A stretch of 33,129 bases of DNA from Spizellomyces punctatus DAOM BR117. Its lineage: Eukaryota. Position numbers and translations under genes: made by a program. Under the pieces are notes generated by a model. That model worked only from the letters and a program-made list of their open reading frames with translations, did no database searches and had not been told where the DNA came from. Below are positions 1 through 11,633 of the stretch, in pieces. Every line of letters starts with the position of its first letter. Position 1 is the first letter of the stretch. The stretch is from the NCBI GenBank assembly GCA_000182565.2, contig KQ257469.1. One strand, 5' to 3'.

Positions 1-1323
1 AAGTTTGCAACCATCAGGACGGTCCTGACACTAGCAGCCATGAAGGACATGGAGATTCACCAAATGGATGTCAAAACAGCATTCTTGAATGGGACCATTG
101 AGGAGGACATCTACATGGACCAACCAGAAGGCTTCACCACGGCAAATGGGCTTGTCTGCAAGCTGAAGAAGAGTTTGTACGGGCTAAAGCAAGCTCCAAG
201 AGCCTGGAACAAAGTCATTGACGGGCAACTCAAAGAACTTGGCTTTGAAAGGTGTGAATCAGACCACGGGCTGTACATCAACAAGAAGATGGGCATCCAC
301 CTTATCCTGTATGTGGATGACCTTATTCTGGCATCAAAGGACGACCAGGAGTTGTTAAAACTCAAAGAAGAACTCAAGAAGCAGTTCAAGATGGCTGATA
401 TGGGCCAGTTAGAGCATTTTCTCGGCATTCAAGTGGTCAGGGACAGAGCCAACAGGTCAATCTGGCTCTCCCAACAGCGGTACCTCGGTCAAACATTGAA
501 GAAATTCAACATGAGTAACAGCAAACCAGTTGCCACACCACTAGAGAATGGCCACAAGCTCACCAAGGCCATGTCACCACAAACTGAGGCAGAACAGCAA
601 GAAATGAATGGGGTTCCTTTCAGAAGTGCTGTTGGAAGTCTCATTTATGCAATGCTGGGCACCAGACCAGACATAGCAGCGGCAGTTGGATCAGTCAGCC
701 AGTACCTTTCCAACCCCGGACATCAGCACTGGATAGCAGTCAAACGGATCATGCGGTACCTGAATGGCACCACAGACCTAGGACTTCAACTGGGCGGCAT
801 TCAGAGCGAGTGGGAGCTATCTGCATACTCTGATGCAGATTGGGGCGGTGATTTGGACTTCAGGAAGTCTACCACTGGCTTCTTAGTCAAGATTGGCAGC
901 AGCACAGTCAGCTGGCAAAGCAAGAGGCAACCTACAGTCGCCCTATCATCAACAGAGTCAGAGTACATGGCTCTTTGTCAAGCTACCAAGGAAGTTATCT
1001 GGTTCAGAACACTTCTAGGCGAGCTAGGACATCAGCAAAGTGGTCCTACAACATTGTATGGTGACAATCAGGGTGCCATAGCACTTGCCAACAACCCAAC
1101 ACATCATGCAAGGACCAAACACATTGATGTGTGGCACCACTTCATCAGACAAGCAGTAGAAGACAAGAAAATCAGCCTCAAGTACTGTCAGACAGAAGAA
1201 ATGACGGCTGACATTCTCACCAAGGCCTTACCCAAGACAAAACACCTTAAACTTTGTGGTAAAATGGGTCTCTGTCGGAAATCAGATGATTCACTGAGTG
1301 GGAGTGTTGAGATTCAGGCTTAA
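1..1323 (+). CDS. copia pol, reverse transcriptase + RNase H (5'-partial); the last codons run into the LTR
   Basis: ORF 40..1323 extends upstream without a stop to the window edge; near-identical to the C-terminus of ORF 5835..9353(-). Confidence 0.95.
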   Translation, partial: KFATIRTVLTLAAMKDMEIHQMDVKTAFLNGTIEEDIYMDQPEGFTTANGLVCKLKKSLYGLKQAPRAWNKVIDGQLKELGFERCESDHGLYINKKMGIHLILYVDDLILASKDDQELLKLKEELKKQFKMADMGQLEHFLGIQVVRDRANRSIWLSQQRYLGQTLKKFNMSNSKPVATPLENGHKLTKAMSPQTEAEQQEMNGVPFRSAVGSLIYAMLGTRPDIAAAVGSVSQYLSNPGHQHWIAVKRIMRYLNGTTDLGLQLGGIQSEWELSAYSDADWGGDLDFRKSTTGFLVKIGSSTVSWQSKRQPTVALSSTESEYMALCQATKEVIWFRTLLGELGHQQSGPTTLYGDNQGAIALANNPTHHARTKHIDVWHHFIRQAVEDKKISLKYCQTEEMTADILTKALPKTKHLKLCGKMGLCRKSDDSLSGSVEIQA

Positions 1324-1817
1324 ACCACGCTGTATGATCTATAAATCATGTGAGATCATGCTGGGATGTCATTAGACAGTTCACATCTGATCTGGCTAAG
1401 TTACAACGTGGGGAATTGGACTTAGAGTAATCAGAATGATCACAGACGCGCGTGGGAATGATTTAAAGGGGTAAATCATCATGTAAGCACTCTTAGAAGG
1501 TCTGGAAGGTTTGTGACGATCTAGATCTTCAGGTAATGTGCGCCAAGGCATGGCTGAAGTTGCTGAGCACTGCTGAGCACGGCTGAGCATGTAAACAAGT
1601 GGGCTGAAGCATGTAAACAGCAAACAAAGGCAGAGGGAGGCTGGAGAATGTACTGGGTTATATAAAGGGGACTTTTGAATGTCTCTGGAGTAATATAAGC
1701 GTGTTATCCCACAAGTTACTGCACCCAGAAGTCTTACTAGCGACCACAGGCATTACTAGGCCTTTCAGAAGTGATTTCTACACGGGAAATCAGTGTTCCA
1801 AGCGCTAAGTTTCAATA
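1305..1817 (+). repeat. 3' LTR of copy A, 513 bp, TGTTGAGA...TTTCAATA
   Basis: Starts right after the PPT; same length and sequence family as 10018-10530; TATATAAA at 1659-1666. Confidence 0.95.
1561..1666 (+). promoter_or_regulatory. Putative LTR U3 enhancer/promoter: 3x GCTGAGCA at 10-bp period, 2x GCATGTAAACA, TATA box
   Basis: Motifs are read directly and recur in the other LTR copies; function is inferred from position. Confidence 0.55.
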
Positions 1818-2988
1818 CTTCTCCCTTTGGAAAGGGATGCCTGGTGATCTTTCCATGGCACAGGCTTCACATGGTGATGTTTCTGTGTGATTCTTGACCT
1901 CCACCCCGCTTCCCAGCTGGTTCCTAGCCAAGATTTTGATGCTNNNNNNNNNNNNNNNNNNNNNNNNNNNNNNNNNNNNNNNNNNNNNNNNNNNNNNNNN
2001 NNNNNNNNNNNNNNNNNNNNNNNNNNNNNNNNNNNNNNNNNNNNNNNNNNNNNNNNNNNNNNNNNNNNNNNNNNNNNNNNNNNNNNNNNNNNNNNNNNNN
2101 NNNNNNNNNNNNNNNNNNNNNNNNNNNNNNNNNNNNNNNNNNNNNNNNNNNAAGTTCTTTTCAAGCTTGGGAACAAACCACCACATCTCTGAGGGTACAG
2201 AATCGGTTTCTGCCTGTCTCAAGTGTGATCTGGCCCTTCCCTATTGCCTGAACTGTTCTGTTGTCCGCCAGATGGACTTGAATTGGTGACATCTCCATGT
2301 AATTGGTCATCCAATCCTTCCTGTGTGACATGTGCTGTGAGGCACCCGAGTCCACAATCCACCAGACTGCTCCCTGAGAGGTTTTGGTGTCATCTCCCGA
2401 CTGAGCAAAGAATAGGAACTCATTCTGAGTTGCCTGACTGGTGCTGGCTTGATTGGCTTGTTGTTTGGTGTCCGCCAGAAACTTCCTGCAGTCCTTCTTG
2501 AAGTGACCCTTCTTGTTGCAATAGAAGCACTTCCCTGCTATCTTCTTGATCCCACCATGCTTGCCAACCTTCTGCCCACCATCCCTGCTGAAAAAGGCCT
2601 TCCCTTTGCTATCTCCTTCACCCCCAGCTTCCTTCCTGCGTGTTTCTTCATGCAAAAGCCGTGATGTGAGGAATTCCAGCATCAGAGAATCACTCCTGGC
2701 CTCCAAAGACACCACCAGCTGTTCATAACTCTCTGGTAGGCTGTAGAGTAGGGTGATGACTTGGTCTTCTTCACTGACTGGCGCCCCAATGGCCTCCAAC
2801 TGCTGAGCCATTGTCCTGACCGTGTTTATGTGTCCCAACATGCCCCCAGTGCCATCTTCCATCTTCAGAGTGAGAAATTTCCTCCTTAGATAGAGCCTAC
2901 TGGCAATTCCCTTCCTTTGGTGGACGTCACTGAGCTTTAACCAGGCCTCCTTTGCAGTTACAGCGGTCTGTACATGCATGAGTTGGGC
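1818..2988 (-). pseudogene. copia gag-protease-pre-integrase fragment (copy D), interrupted by copy A, frameshifted, contains gap 1944-2151
   Basis: CFYCNKKGHFKKDC zinc knuckle and WIVDSGASQHM protease motif; 1-bp deletion near 1856 (CTTTCCATGGC versus CTTTCCAATGGC in other copies). Confidence 0.9.
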
Positions 2989-3706
2989 CCTTTATATAAC
3001 CCAGTCCTCNNNNNNNNNNNNNNNNNNNNNNNNNNNNNNNNNNNNNNNNNNNNNNNNNNNNNNNNNNNNNNNNNNNNNNNNNNNNNNNNNNNNNNNNNNN
3101 NNNNNNNNNNNNNNNNNNNNNNNNNNNNNNNNNNNNNNNNNNNNNNNNNNNNNNNNNNNNNNNNNNNNNNNNNNNNNNNNNNNNNNNNNNNNNNNNNNNN
3201 NNNNNNNNNNNNNNNNNNNNNNNNNNNNNNNNNNNNNNNNNNNNNNNNNNNNNNNNNNNNNNNNNNNNNNNNNNNNNNNNNNNNNNNNNNNNNNNNNNNN
3301 NNNNNNNNNNNNNNNNNNNNNNNNNNNNNNNNNNNNNNNNNNNNNNNNNNNNNNNNNNNNNNNNNNNNNNNNNNNNNNNNNNNNNNNNNNNNNNNNNNNN
3401 NNNNNNNNNNNNNNNNNNNNNNNNNNNNNNNNNNNNNNNNNNNNNNNNNNNNNNNNNNNNNNNNNNNNNNNNNNNNNNNNNNNNNNNNNNNNNNNNNNNN
3501 NNNNNNNNNNNNNNNNNNNNNNNNNNNNNNNNNNNNNNNNNNNNNNNNNNNNNNNNNNNNNNNNNNNNNNNNNNNNNNNNNNNNNNNNNNNNNNNNNNNN
3601 NNNNNNNNNNNNNNNNNNNNNNNNNNNNNNNNNNNNNNNNNNNNNNNNNNNNNNNNNNNNNNNNNNNNNNNNNNNNNNNNNNNNNNNNNNNNNNNNNNNN
3701 NNNNNN

Positions 3707-5018
3707 CCCTTCTGTTTGCAGAATTTCTTGAATTCTTCGCCCACATACTCTCCCCCATTGTCTGATCTGAGAGTTTTGATCTTCTGCCCCGTGAAGTTGG
3801 TTGCCCAGGCCTCAAACTCCTTGAATTTGCTGAGAACCTCACTCTTCTCCTTCAGAAGATAAACTGCCGTCATCCTTGACTTGTCATCAATGAATGTGAC
3901 AAAGTACTTTGCCCCACCATGACTTGGTGTCTTCATGGGCCCACACACATCACTGTGAACCACCCCCAGCAATAGAGCCACTCTAGCTGCTTCTCCCTTT
4001 GGAAAGGGATGCCTGGTGATCTTTCCAATGGCACAGGCTTCACATGGTGATGTTTCTGTGTGATTCTTGACCTCCAGACCGCTTCCCAGCTGGTTCCTAG
4101 CCAAGATTTTGATGCTGTTGACATTCAGGTGTCCTAACCTGCGATGCCAGAGGTCCAAACTCATTCCAGAGGCTATGTTTGCATGTTCTCTTGCATGAAA
4201 CATGTATAGACCGCCCCCTAGAGTTCCCTGGATTGCTTCCTGGCCATCTGAAGTCTTGATACAGCATCCCTTGCTGCCAAACTCAACTTTGGCACCATTT
4301 TCAGTGGCTCTTCTTACTGAAAACAAGTTCTTTTCAAGCTTGGGAACAAACCACACGTCTCTGAGGGTACAGAATCGGTTTCTGCCTGTCTCAAGTGTGA
4401 TCTGGCCCTTCCCTATTGCCTGAACTGTTCTGTTGTCTGCCAGATGGACTTGAATTGGTGACATCTCCATGTAATTGGTCATCCAATCCTTCCTGTGTGA
4501 CATGTGCTGTGAAGCACCCGAGTCCACAATCCACCAGACTGCTCCCTGAGAGGTTTTGGTGTCATCTCCCGACTGAGCAAAGAATAGGAACTCATTCTGA
4601 GTTGCCTGACTGGTGCTGGCTTGATTGGCTTGTTGTTTGGTGTCCGCCAGAAACTTCCTGCAGTCCTTCTTGAAGTGACCCTTCTTGTTGCAATAGAAGC
4701 ACTTCCCTGCTATCTTCTTGGTCCCACCATGCTTGCCAACCTTCTGCCCACCATCCCTGCTGAAAAAGGCCTTCCCTTTGCTATCTCCTTCACCCCCAGC
4801 TTCCTTTCTGCGTGTTTCTTCATGCAAAAGCCGTGATGTGAGGAATTCCAGCGTCAGAGAATCACTCCTGGCCTCCAAAGACACCACCAGCTGTTCATAA
4901 CTCTCTGGTAGGCTGTAGAGTAGGGTGATGACTTGGTCTTCTTCACTGACTGGCGCCCCAATGGCCTCCAACTGCTGAGCCATTGTCCTGACCGTGTTTA
5001 TGTGTCCCAGCATGCCCC
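3707..5018 (-). mobile_element. copia gag-protease-integrase fragment (copy E) between assembly gaps, frame open throughout
   Basis: Zinc knuckle, DSGAS protease, WHRRLGH...CEAC zinc finger, and integrase core HSDVCGP / RSDNGGEY. Confidence 0.92.
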
Positions 5019-5504
5019 NNNNNNNNNNNNNNNNNNNNNNNNNNNNNNNNNNNNNNNNNNNNNNNNNNNNNNNNNNNNNNNNNNNNNNNNNNNNNNNNNN
5101 NNNNNNNNNNNNNNNNNNNNNNNNNNNNNNNNNNNNNNNNNNNNNNNNNNNNNNNNNNNNNNNNNNNNNNNNNNNNNNNNNNNNNNNNNNNNNNNNNNNN
5201 NNNNNNNNNNNNNNNNNNNNNNNNNNNNNNNNNNNNNNNNNNNNNNNNNNNNNNNNNNNNNNNNNNNNNNNNNNNNNNNNNNNNNNNNNNNNNNNNNNNN
5301 NNNNNNNNNNNNNNNNNNNNNNNNNNNNNNNNNNNNNNNNNNNNNNNNNNNNNNNNNNNNNNNNNNNNNNNNNNNNNNNNNNNNNNNNNNNNNNNNNNNN
5401 NNNNNNNNNNNNNNNNNNNNNNNNNNNNNNNNNNNNNNNNNNNNNNNNNNNNNNNNNNNNNNNNNNNNNNNNNNNNNNNNNNNNNNNNNNNNNNNNNNNN
5501 NNNN

Positions 5505-5853
5505 AGTACATTCTCCAGCCTCCCTCCGCCTTTGTTTACTGTTTACATGCTTCAGCCCACTTGTTTACATGCTCAGCCGTGCTCAGCAGTGCTCAGCAGC
5601 TTCAGCCATGCCTTGGCAAACATTACCTGAAGATCTAGATCATCACAAACCTTCCAGACCTTCTAAGAGTGCTTACATGATGATTTACCCCTTTAAATCA
5701 TTCCACACGCGTCTGTGATCATTCTGATTACTCGAAGTCCAATTCCCCACGTTGTAACTTAGCCAGATCAGATGTGAACTGTCTAATGACATCCCAGCAT
5801 GATCTCACATGATTTGTAGATCATACAGCGTGGTTTAAGCCTGAATCTCAACA
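5505..5853 (-). repeat. 3' LTR of copy B (partial, truncated by gap)
   Basis: Reverse complement of the LTR, ending ...GAATCTCAACA next to the PPT complement CTCCCACTC. Confidence 0.93.
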
Positions 5854-8800
5854 CTCCCACTCAGTGAATCATCTGATTTCTGACAGAGTCCCATTTTACC
5901 ACAAAGTTTAAGGTGTTTTGTCTTGGGTAGAGCCTTGGTGAGAATGTCAGCCATCACTTCTTCTGTCTGACAGTACTTGAGGCTGATTTTCTTGTCTTCT
6001 ACTGCTTGTCTGATGAAGTGGTGCCACACATCAATGTGTTTGGTCCTTGCATGATGTGTTGGGTTGTTGGCAAGTGCCATGGCGCCCTGATTGTCACCAT
6101 ACAATGTTGTAGGACCACTTTGTTGATGTCCTAGCTCGCCTAGAAGTGTTCTGAACCAGATAACTTCCTTGGTAGCTTGACAAAGAGCCATGTACTCTGA
6201 CTCTGTTGATGAAAGGGTGACTGTAGGTTGCCTCTTGCTTTGCCAGCTGACTGTGCTGCTGCCAATCTTGACTAAGAAGCCAGTGGTAGACTTCCTGAAG
6301 TCCAAGTCACCGCCCCAATCTGCATCAGAGTATGCAGACAGCTCCCACTTGCTCTGAATGCCGCCCAGTTGAAGTCCTAGGTCTGTGGTGCCATTCAGGT
6401 ACCGCATGATCCGTTTGACTGCTATCCAGTGCTGATGTCCGGGGTTGGAAAGGTACTGGCTAATTGATCCAACTGCTGCTGCTATGTCTGGTCTGGTGCC
6501 CAGCATTGCATAAATGAGACTTCCAACAGCACTTCTGAAAGGAACCCCATTCATTTCCTGCTGTTCTGCCTCAGTTTGTGGTGACATGGCCTTGGTGAGC
6601 TTCTGGCCATTCTCTAGTGGTGTGGCAACTGGTTTGCTGTTACTCATATTGAATTTCTTCAATGTTTGACCGAGGTATCGCTGTTGGGAGAGCCAGATTG
6701 ACCTGTTGGCTCTGTCCCTGACCACTTGGATGCCGAGAAAATGCTCTAACTGGCCCATATCAGCCATCTTGAACCGCTTCTTGAGTTCTTCTTTGAGTTT
6801 TAACAACTCCTGGTTGTCCTTTGATGCGAGAATAAGGTCATCCACATACAGGACAAGGTGGATGCCCATCTTCTTGTTGATGTACAGCCCATGGTCTGAT
6901 TCACACCTTTCAAAGCCAAGTTCTTTGAGTTGCCCATCAATGACTATGTTCCAGGCTCTTGGAGCTTGCTTTAACCCATACAAACTCTTCTTTAGCTTGC
7001 AGACAAGTCCTTTTGCCATGGCAAAGCCTTCTGGTTGGTCCATGTAGATGTCCTCCTCAATGGTCCCATTCAAGAATGCTGTTTTGACATCCATTTGGTG
7101 AATCTCCATGTCCTTCATGGCTGCTAGTGTGAGAACTGTCCTGATGGTTGCAAACTTGACTACTGGGGCAAATGTCTCCTTGTAGTCCAGTCCTTCAACT
7201 TGGGAGTATCCTTTGGCTACCAGTCTGGCCTTGTAGTGCTCTACAGAGCCATCTGACTTGAGTTTCAGCTTGAAAACCCACTTGCAGCCAACTGTGGATC
7301 TTCCTGGTGGTAGTTTGACTAAGTCCCATGTCTGATTCTCCATCAGAGAGTCATATTCTGCTTTGACAGCCGCCTCCCACTGTTTGGCATCATGTCTGGT
7401 CCTAGCTTCAGCCAGAGTGCTGGGTTCTTCCTGTGGAACTTCTCCAATGGTGAAGGCAAAAGCCAGATTTGACTGGGTTGGCTTTGCAATCCACCACTCT
7501 CCCGGTGGTTTGTGAAATCTGGCACTCTTCCTGCTGAGTTCTGGCACTTCCTCAACATCCTGGAAGTCGTCCCCATCATCTTCTGATGCTGAAGAGTTGT
7601 CTGGAGTGATGCTAGATGGTCTCTGAGTCTCTTGAACCGTCCCTAGCCCTTCTTGGTTGTCCAAGAATGAAGGCTCCCCTCCCAGAGGCATCTGTAGCTC
7701 TTGGTCTTGCTGTGGTACACTCTGCAGTCGCTGCTGAGTGCTCCACATCAAGTTTTCATCAAAGATGATGTCCCTTGACATGACAACTTGGTTCATTTCA
7801 GGTACCCACAGTCTGTAGGCCTTACTCTGAGTGCTGTAGCCGACCATGACTGCCTTCTTGGCCTTCTCATCAAGTTTTGACCGCTTTTCCTTTGGAATAT
7901 GAGTGTAGGCCACGCAGCCAAACACTCTGAGGTGCTGGAGATCTGGTTTACCGCCTGTAAACTCTTGAAATGGTGTTGATTGGTTGCTGAGTGCTGCAGT
8001 GGGGCTCCTGTTCCTGAGATAGGCCGCTGTCATGATTGCCTCGCCCCAGAACTTGTGGCTGAGTCCACTGTGGTGCAGCATGCACCTTCCCATTTCCACC
8101 AGCGTCCTGTTCATCCTCTCAGCAACACCATTCTGCTCTGGTGTGTAGGGGGTGCTGAATTGCTGCTGAATTCCCTTCTGTTTGCAGAATTTCTTGAATT
8201 CTTCGCCCACATACTCTCCCCCATTGTCTGATCTGAGAGTTTTGATCTTCTGCCCCGTGAAGTTGGTTGCCCAGGCCTCAAACTCCTTGAATTTGCTGAG
8301 AACCTCACTCTTCTCCTTCAGAAGATAAACTGCCGTCATCCTTGACTTGTCATCAATGAATGTGACAAAGTACTTTGCCCCACCATGACTTGGTGTCTTC
8401 ATGGGCCCACACACATCACTGTGAACCACCCCCAGCAGTAGAGCCGCTCTAGCTGCTTCTCCCTTTGGAAAGGGATGCCTGGTGATCTTTCCAATGGCAC
8501 AGGCTTCGCATGGTGATGTTTCTGTGTGACTCTTGACCTCCAGACCACTTCCCAGCTGGTTCCTAGCCAAGATTTTGATGCTGTTGACATTCAGGTGTCC
8601 TAACCTGCGATGCCAGAGGTCCAAACTCATTCCAGAGGCTATGTTTGCATGTTCTCTTGCATGAAACATGTATAGACCGCCCCCTAGAGTTCCCTGGATT
8701 GCTTCCTGGCCATCTGAAGTCTTGATACAGCATCCCTTGCTGCCAAACTCAACTTTGGCACCATTTTCAGTGGCTCTTCTTACTGAAAACAAGTTCTTTT

Positions 8801-9838
8801 CAAGCTTGGGAACAAACCACACGTCTCTGAGGGTACAGAATCGGTTTCTGCCTGTCTCAAGTGTGATCTGGCCCTTCCCTATTGCCTGAACTGTTCTGTT
8901 GTCCGCCAGATGGACTTGAATTGGTGACATCTCCGTGTAATTGGTCATCCAATCCTTCCTATGTGACATGTGCTGTGAGGCACCCGAGTCCACAATCCAC
9001 CAGACTGCTCCCTGAGAGGTTTTGGTGTCATCTCCTGACTGAGCAAAGAATAGGAACTCATTCTGAGTTGCCTGACTGGTGCTGGCTTGATTGGCTTGTT
9101 GTTTAGTGTCCGCCAGAAACTTCCTGCANNNNNNNNNNNNNNNNNNNNNNNNNNNNNNNNNNNNNNNNNNNNNNNNNNNNNNNNNNNNNNNNNNNNNNNN
9201 NNNNNNNNNNNNNNNNNNNNNNNNNNNNNNNNNNNNNNNNNNNNNNNNNNNNNNNNNNNNNNNNNNNNNNNNNNNNNNNNNNNNNNNNNNNNNNNNNNNN
9301 NNNNNNNNNNNNTCCAGAGTCAGAGAATCACTCCTGGCCTCCAAAGACACCACCAGCTGTTCATACTCTCTGGTAGGCTGTAGAGTAGGGTGATGACTTG
9401 GTCTTCTTCACTGACTGGCGCCCCAATGGCCTCCAACTGCTGAGCCATTGTCCTGACCGTGTTTATGTGTCCCAACATGCCCCCAGTGCCGTCTTCCATC
9501 TTCAGAGTGAGAAATTTCCTCCTTAGATAGAGCCTACTGGCAATTCCTTTCCTTTGGTGGACGTCACTGAGCTTTAACCAGGCCTCCTTTGCAGTTACAG
9601 CGGTCTGTACATGCATGAGTTGGGCATCACTCAGTGACAGAGCAATTACTGCCATTGCCCACTCATCCCTTCTCCTCCAATCCTTGTCAGAGGTTCCCTC
9701 CATGCTGTCATCTCCTTCAATCACACCCCACAGCCCCTTTTCCTTCAGCAACATTGTCATTTTGAACTTCCAGAGGTGGTAGTTCATGCCATTGAACTTT
9801 TCCATTGTGAGTTTGGTGTCCAAGTCCGTGTTTGACAT
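5835..9838 (-). pseudogene. copia gag-pol single-ORF polyprotein with a 1-bp frameshift near 9364 (real or sequencing error next to gap 9129-9312)
   Basis: ORFs 9320..9838 and 5835..9353 join into one polyprotein; TCATACTCTC here versus TCATAACTCTC in copies D and E. Confidence 0.9.
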
Positions 9839-10003
9839 GTCTGAGCTGATTTGGTGAGTGGATTTGTTGTTGGGGAAGAGGTGAAATCGTCCTAGTATGG
9901 TAGGTGGTCCAAATATGAGGTTGGGAAGAAGATAGGTCTGTCAGGAAGATGGTGTGGCGGTCGGAAAAGAGATTTGAAGCAGGAAAATATCAGTGATAGC
10001 TAT

Positions 10004-10017
10004 CAGGGCTCATAACC
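10004..10017 (-). other. Primer binding site GGTTATGAGCCCTG, complementary to the anticodon stem-loop of initiator tRNA-Met (half-tRNA priming as in Ty5 and Drosophila copia)
   Basis: Lies directly inside the 5' LTR; its complement CAGGGCTCATAACC is the fungal tRNA-iMet anticodon arm. Confidence 0.9.
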
Positions 10018-10530
10018 TATTGAAACTTAGCGCTTGGAACACTGATTTCCCATGTAGAAATCACTTCTGAAAGGCCTAGTAATGCCTGTGGCCGCTAGTA
10101 AGACTTCTGGGTGCAGTAACTTGTGGGATAACACGCTTGTATTAATCCAGAGACATTCAAAAGTCCCCTTTATATAACCCAGTATATTCTCCAGCCTCCC
10201 TCCGCCTTTGTTTACTGTTTACATGCTTCAGCCCACTTGTTTACATGCTCAGCCGTGCTCAGCAGTGCTCAGCAGCTTCAGCCATGCCTTGGCAAACATT
10301 ACCTGAAGATCTAGATCATCACAAACCTTCCAGACCTTCTAAGAGTGCTTACATGATGATTTACCCCTTTAAATCATTCACACACGCATCTGTGATCATT
10401 CTGGTTACTCTAAGTCCAATTCCCCACGTTGTAACTTAGCCAAATCAGATGTGAACTGTCTAATGACATCCCAGCATGATCTCACATGATTTATAGATCA
10501 TACAGCGTGGTTTAAGCCTGAATCTCAACA
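10018..10530 (-). repeat. 5' LTR of copy B, 513 bp
   Basis: Full reverse-complement match to 1305-1817 apart from SNPs. Confidence 0.96.
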
Positions 10531-11560
10531 GTTCTGCCTGAGAGCTTGCAGAACCTGCTTGAGGTGGTCCAGGTGGCCTTCTGGGGTCTTGGAGTAGATG
10601 AGGATATCATCTAGGTAGACAATGACAAAGATGTCCAAGAAGGGTCTTAGAACATCATTCATCAAAGTCATGAAAGTGGCTGGGGCATTGGTCATTCCAA
10701 AGGACATGACCAAGAACTCAAAGTGACCATATCTGGTTCTGAAAGCTGTCTTGGGGATGTCTTCTGGGTGGATCCTGATCTGGTAGTAGCCTGACTTGAG
10801 ATCCAGCTTGGTAAAGACCTGGGCTCCATTCAGTCTGTCCATCAGCTCATCAATCCTGGGGAGGGGATATCTGTTCTTGATGGTGATCTTGTTCAGAGCC
10901 CTGTAGTCCACACACATCCTCAAAGACCCTTCTTTCTTCTTGACAAAGAGGATGGGTGCTCCAAAGGGGCTCTTGGATGGTCTGATGTGGCCTGCCTCCA
11001 GAAGTTCAGACAGCTGCTTCCTCAGTTCTTCTAACTCCAAAGAAGAGAGGTGGTAGGTTGGTCTCCAGGGGGTCTGGTTGGGGTCACTGAGTTCAATTCT
11101 GTGATCCACTGTTCTCTCAGGGGGAAGTCCTGGGGGAAGCTCTTCAGCAAAGACATCTTGATAGTCTTCAAGAAGCTTGGTGACTTTGGAATCCATGGTG
11201 TCTGGAGGGGTGCTGGTATCTTGAGGGTTCTTGAAATACACAGCAAAAGCTGTTGCTGTCCTCTTCTTCAGGGTTCTGGCCAACATCTTTGCTGATACCA
11301 TGGTGATATTGGGTTCTGGCTTGGGGGTGGTAGGTGCTGGTACAGTGGTGGCAAACCACCTGACTCTAGGGTGCTGGGAGGTCTCAAAGGTGATGGTTCC
11401 CTTCTGGTAGTTGATACTGGGGTTCCTCCAAGCAAACCAGGGAACTCCCAAGATTATATCAAACTTCACAGGTGCCACTATGAAGTCAGATATCTCAGAG
11501 TAGGTGCAAACAGAGTACTGTAGGCTTTTAACAAAGCCAGTTCCTGGGTACTTCTTGTTG
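10531..11560 (-). mobile_element. Ty3/gypsy (Tf2/chromovirus-like) pol fragment: protease C-terminal half and RT up to just past YLDD, cut by the copy B LTR
   Basis: [61 protein letters not shown] and [10 protein letters not shown], with no stop in the frame. Confidence 0.95.
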
Positions 11561-11633
11561 CCTTCTTGGACATCTTTGTCATTGTCTACCTAGATGATAT
11601 CCTCATCTACTCCAAGACCCCAGAAGGCCACCT
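11561..11633 (+). repeat. 73-bp inverted duplication of gypsy RT segment 10571-10643 (covers YLDD)
   Basis: CCTTCTTGGACATC...GAAGGCCACCT is the exact reverse complement of 10571-10643. Confidence 0.93.

Larger units (their letters stand above)
1..1817 (+). mobile_element. Ty1/copia LTR retrotransposon copy A (3' part: RT-RNase H, PPT, complete 3' LTR); 5' part lies outside the window
   Basis: The frame is open from base 1 (KFATIRT...). Copia RT motifs QMDVKTAFLNG, SLYGLKQAPRAW and YVDDL, and RNase H motifs YSDADW and TKHID are present. The polypurine tract GAGTGGGAG at 1296-1304 is followed by the LTR. Confidence 0.97.
1944..9312. other. Assembly gaps at 1944-2151, 3010-3706, 5019-5504 and 9129-9312
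   Basis: N runs; all lie within near-identical repeats, so local order and copy number may be wrong. Confidence 1.
5505..10530 (-). mobile_element. Near full-length Ty1/copia element (copy B), about 5.2 kb with both LTRs
   Basis: 5' LTR 10018-10530, PBS 10004-10017, gag-PR-IN-RT-RH order, PPT 5854-5862, and 3' LTR ending at 5853 whose distal part is in gap 5019-5504. Confidence 0.97.

Noticed and set aside
2985-3009. Direct gag-to-LTR (TATA region) junction
   Set aside because: Only about 20 bp at a gap edge; cannot be told apart from a misassembly.
1805-5718. Long X-containing ORFs
   Set aside because: Artifacts of translating through N gaps.
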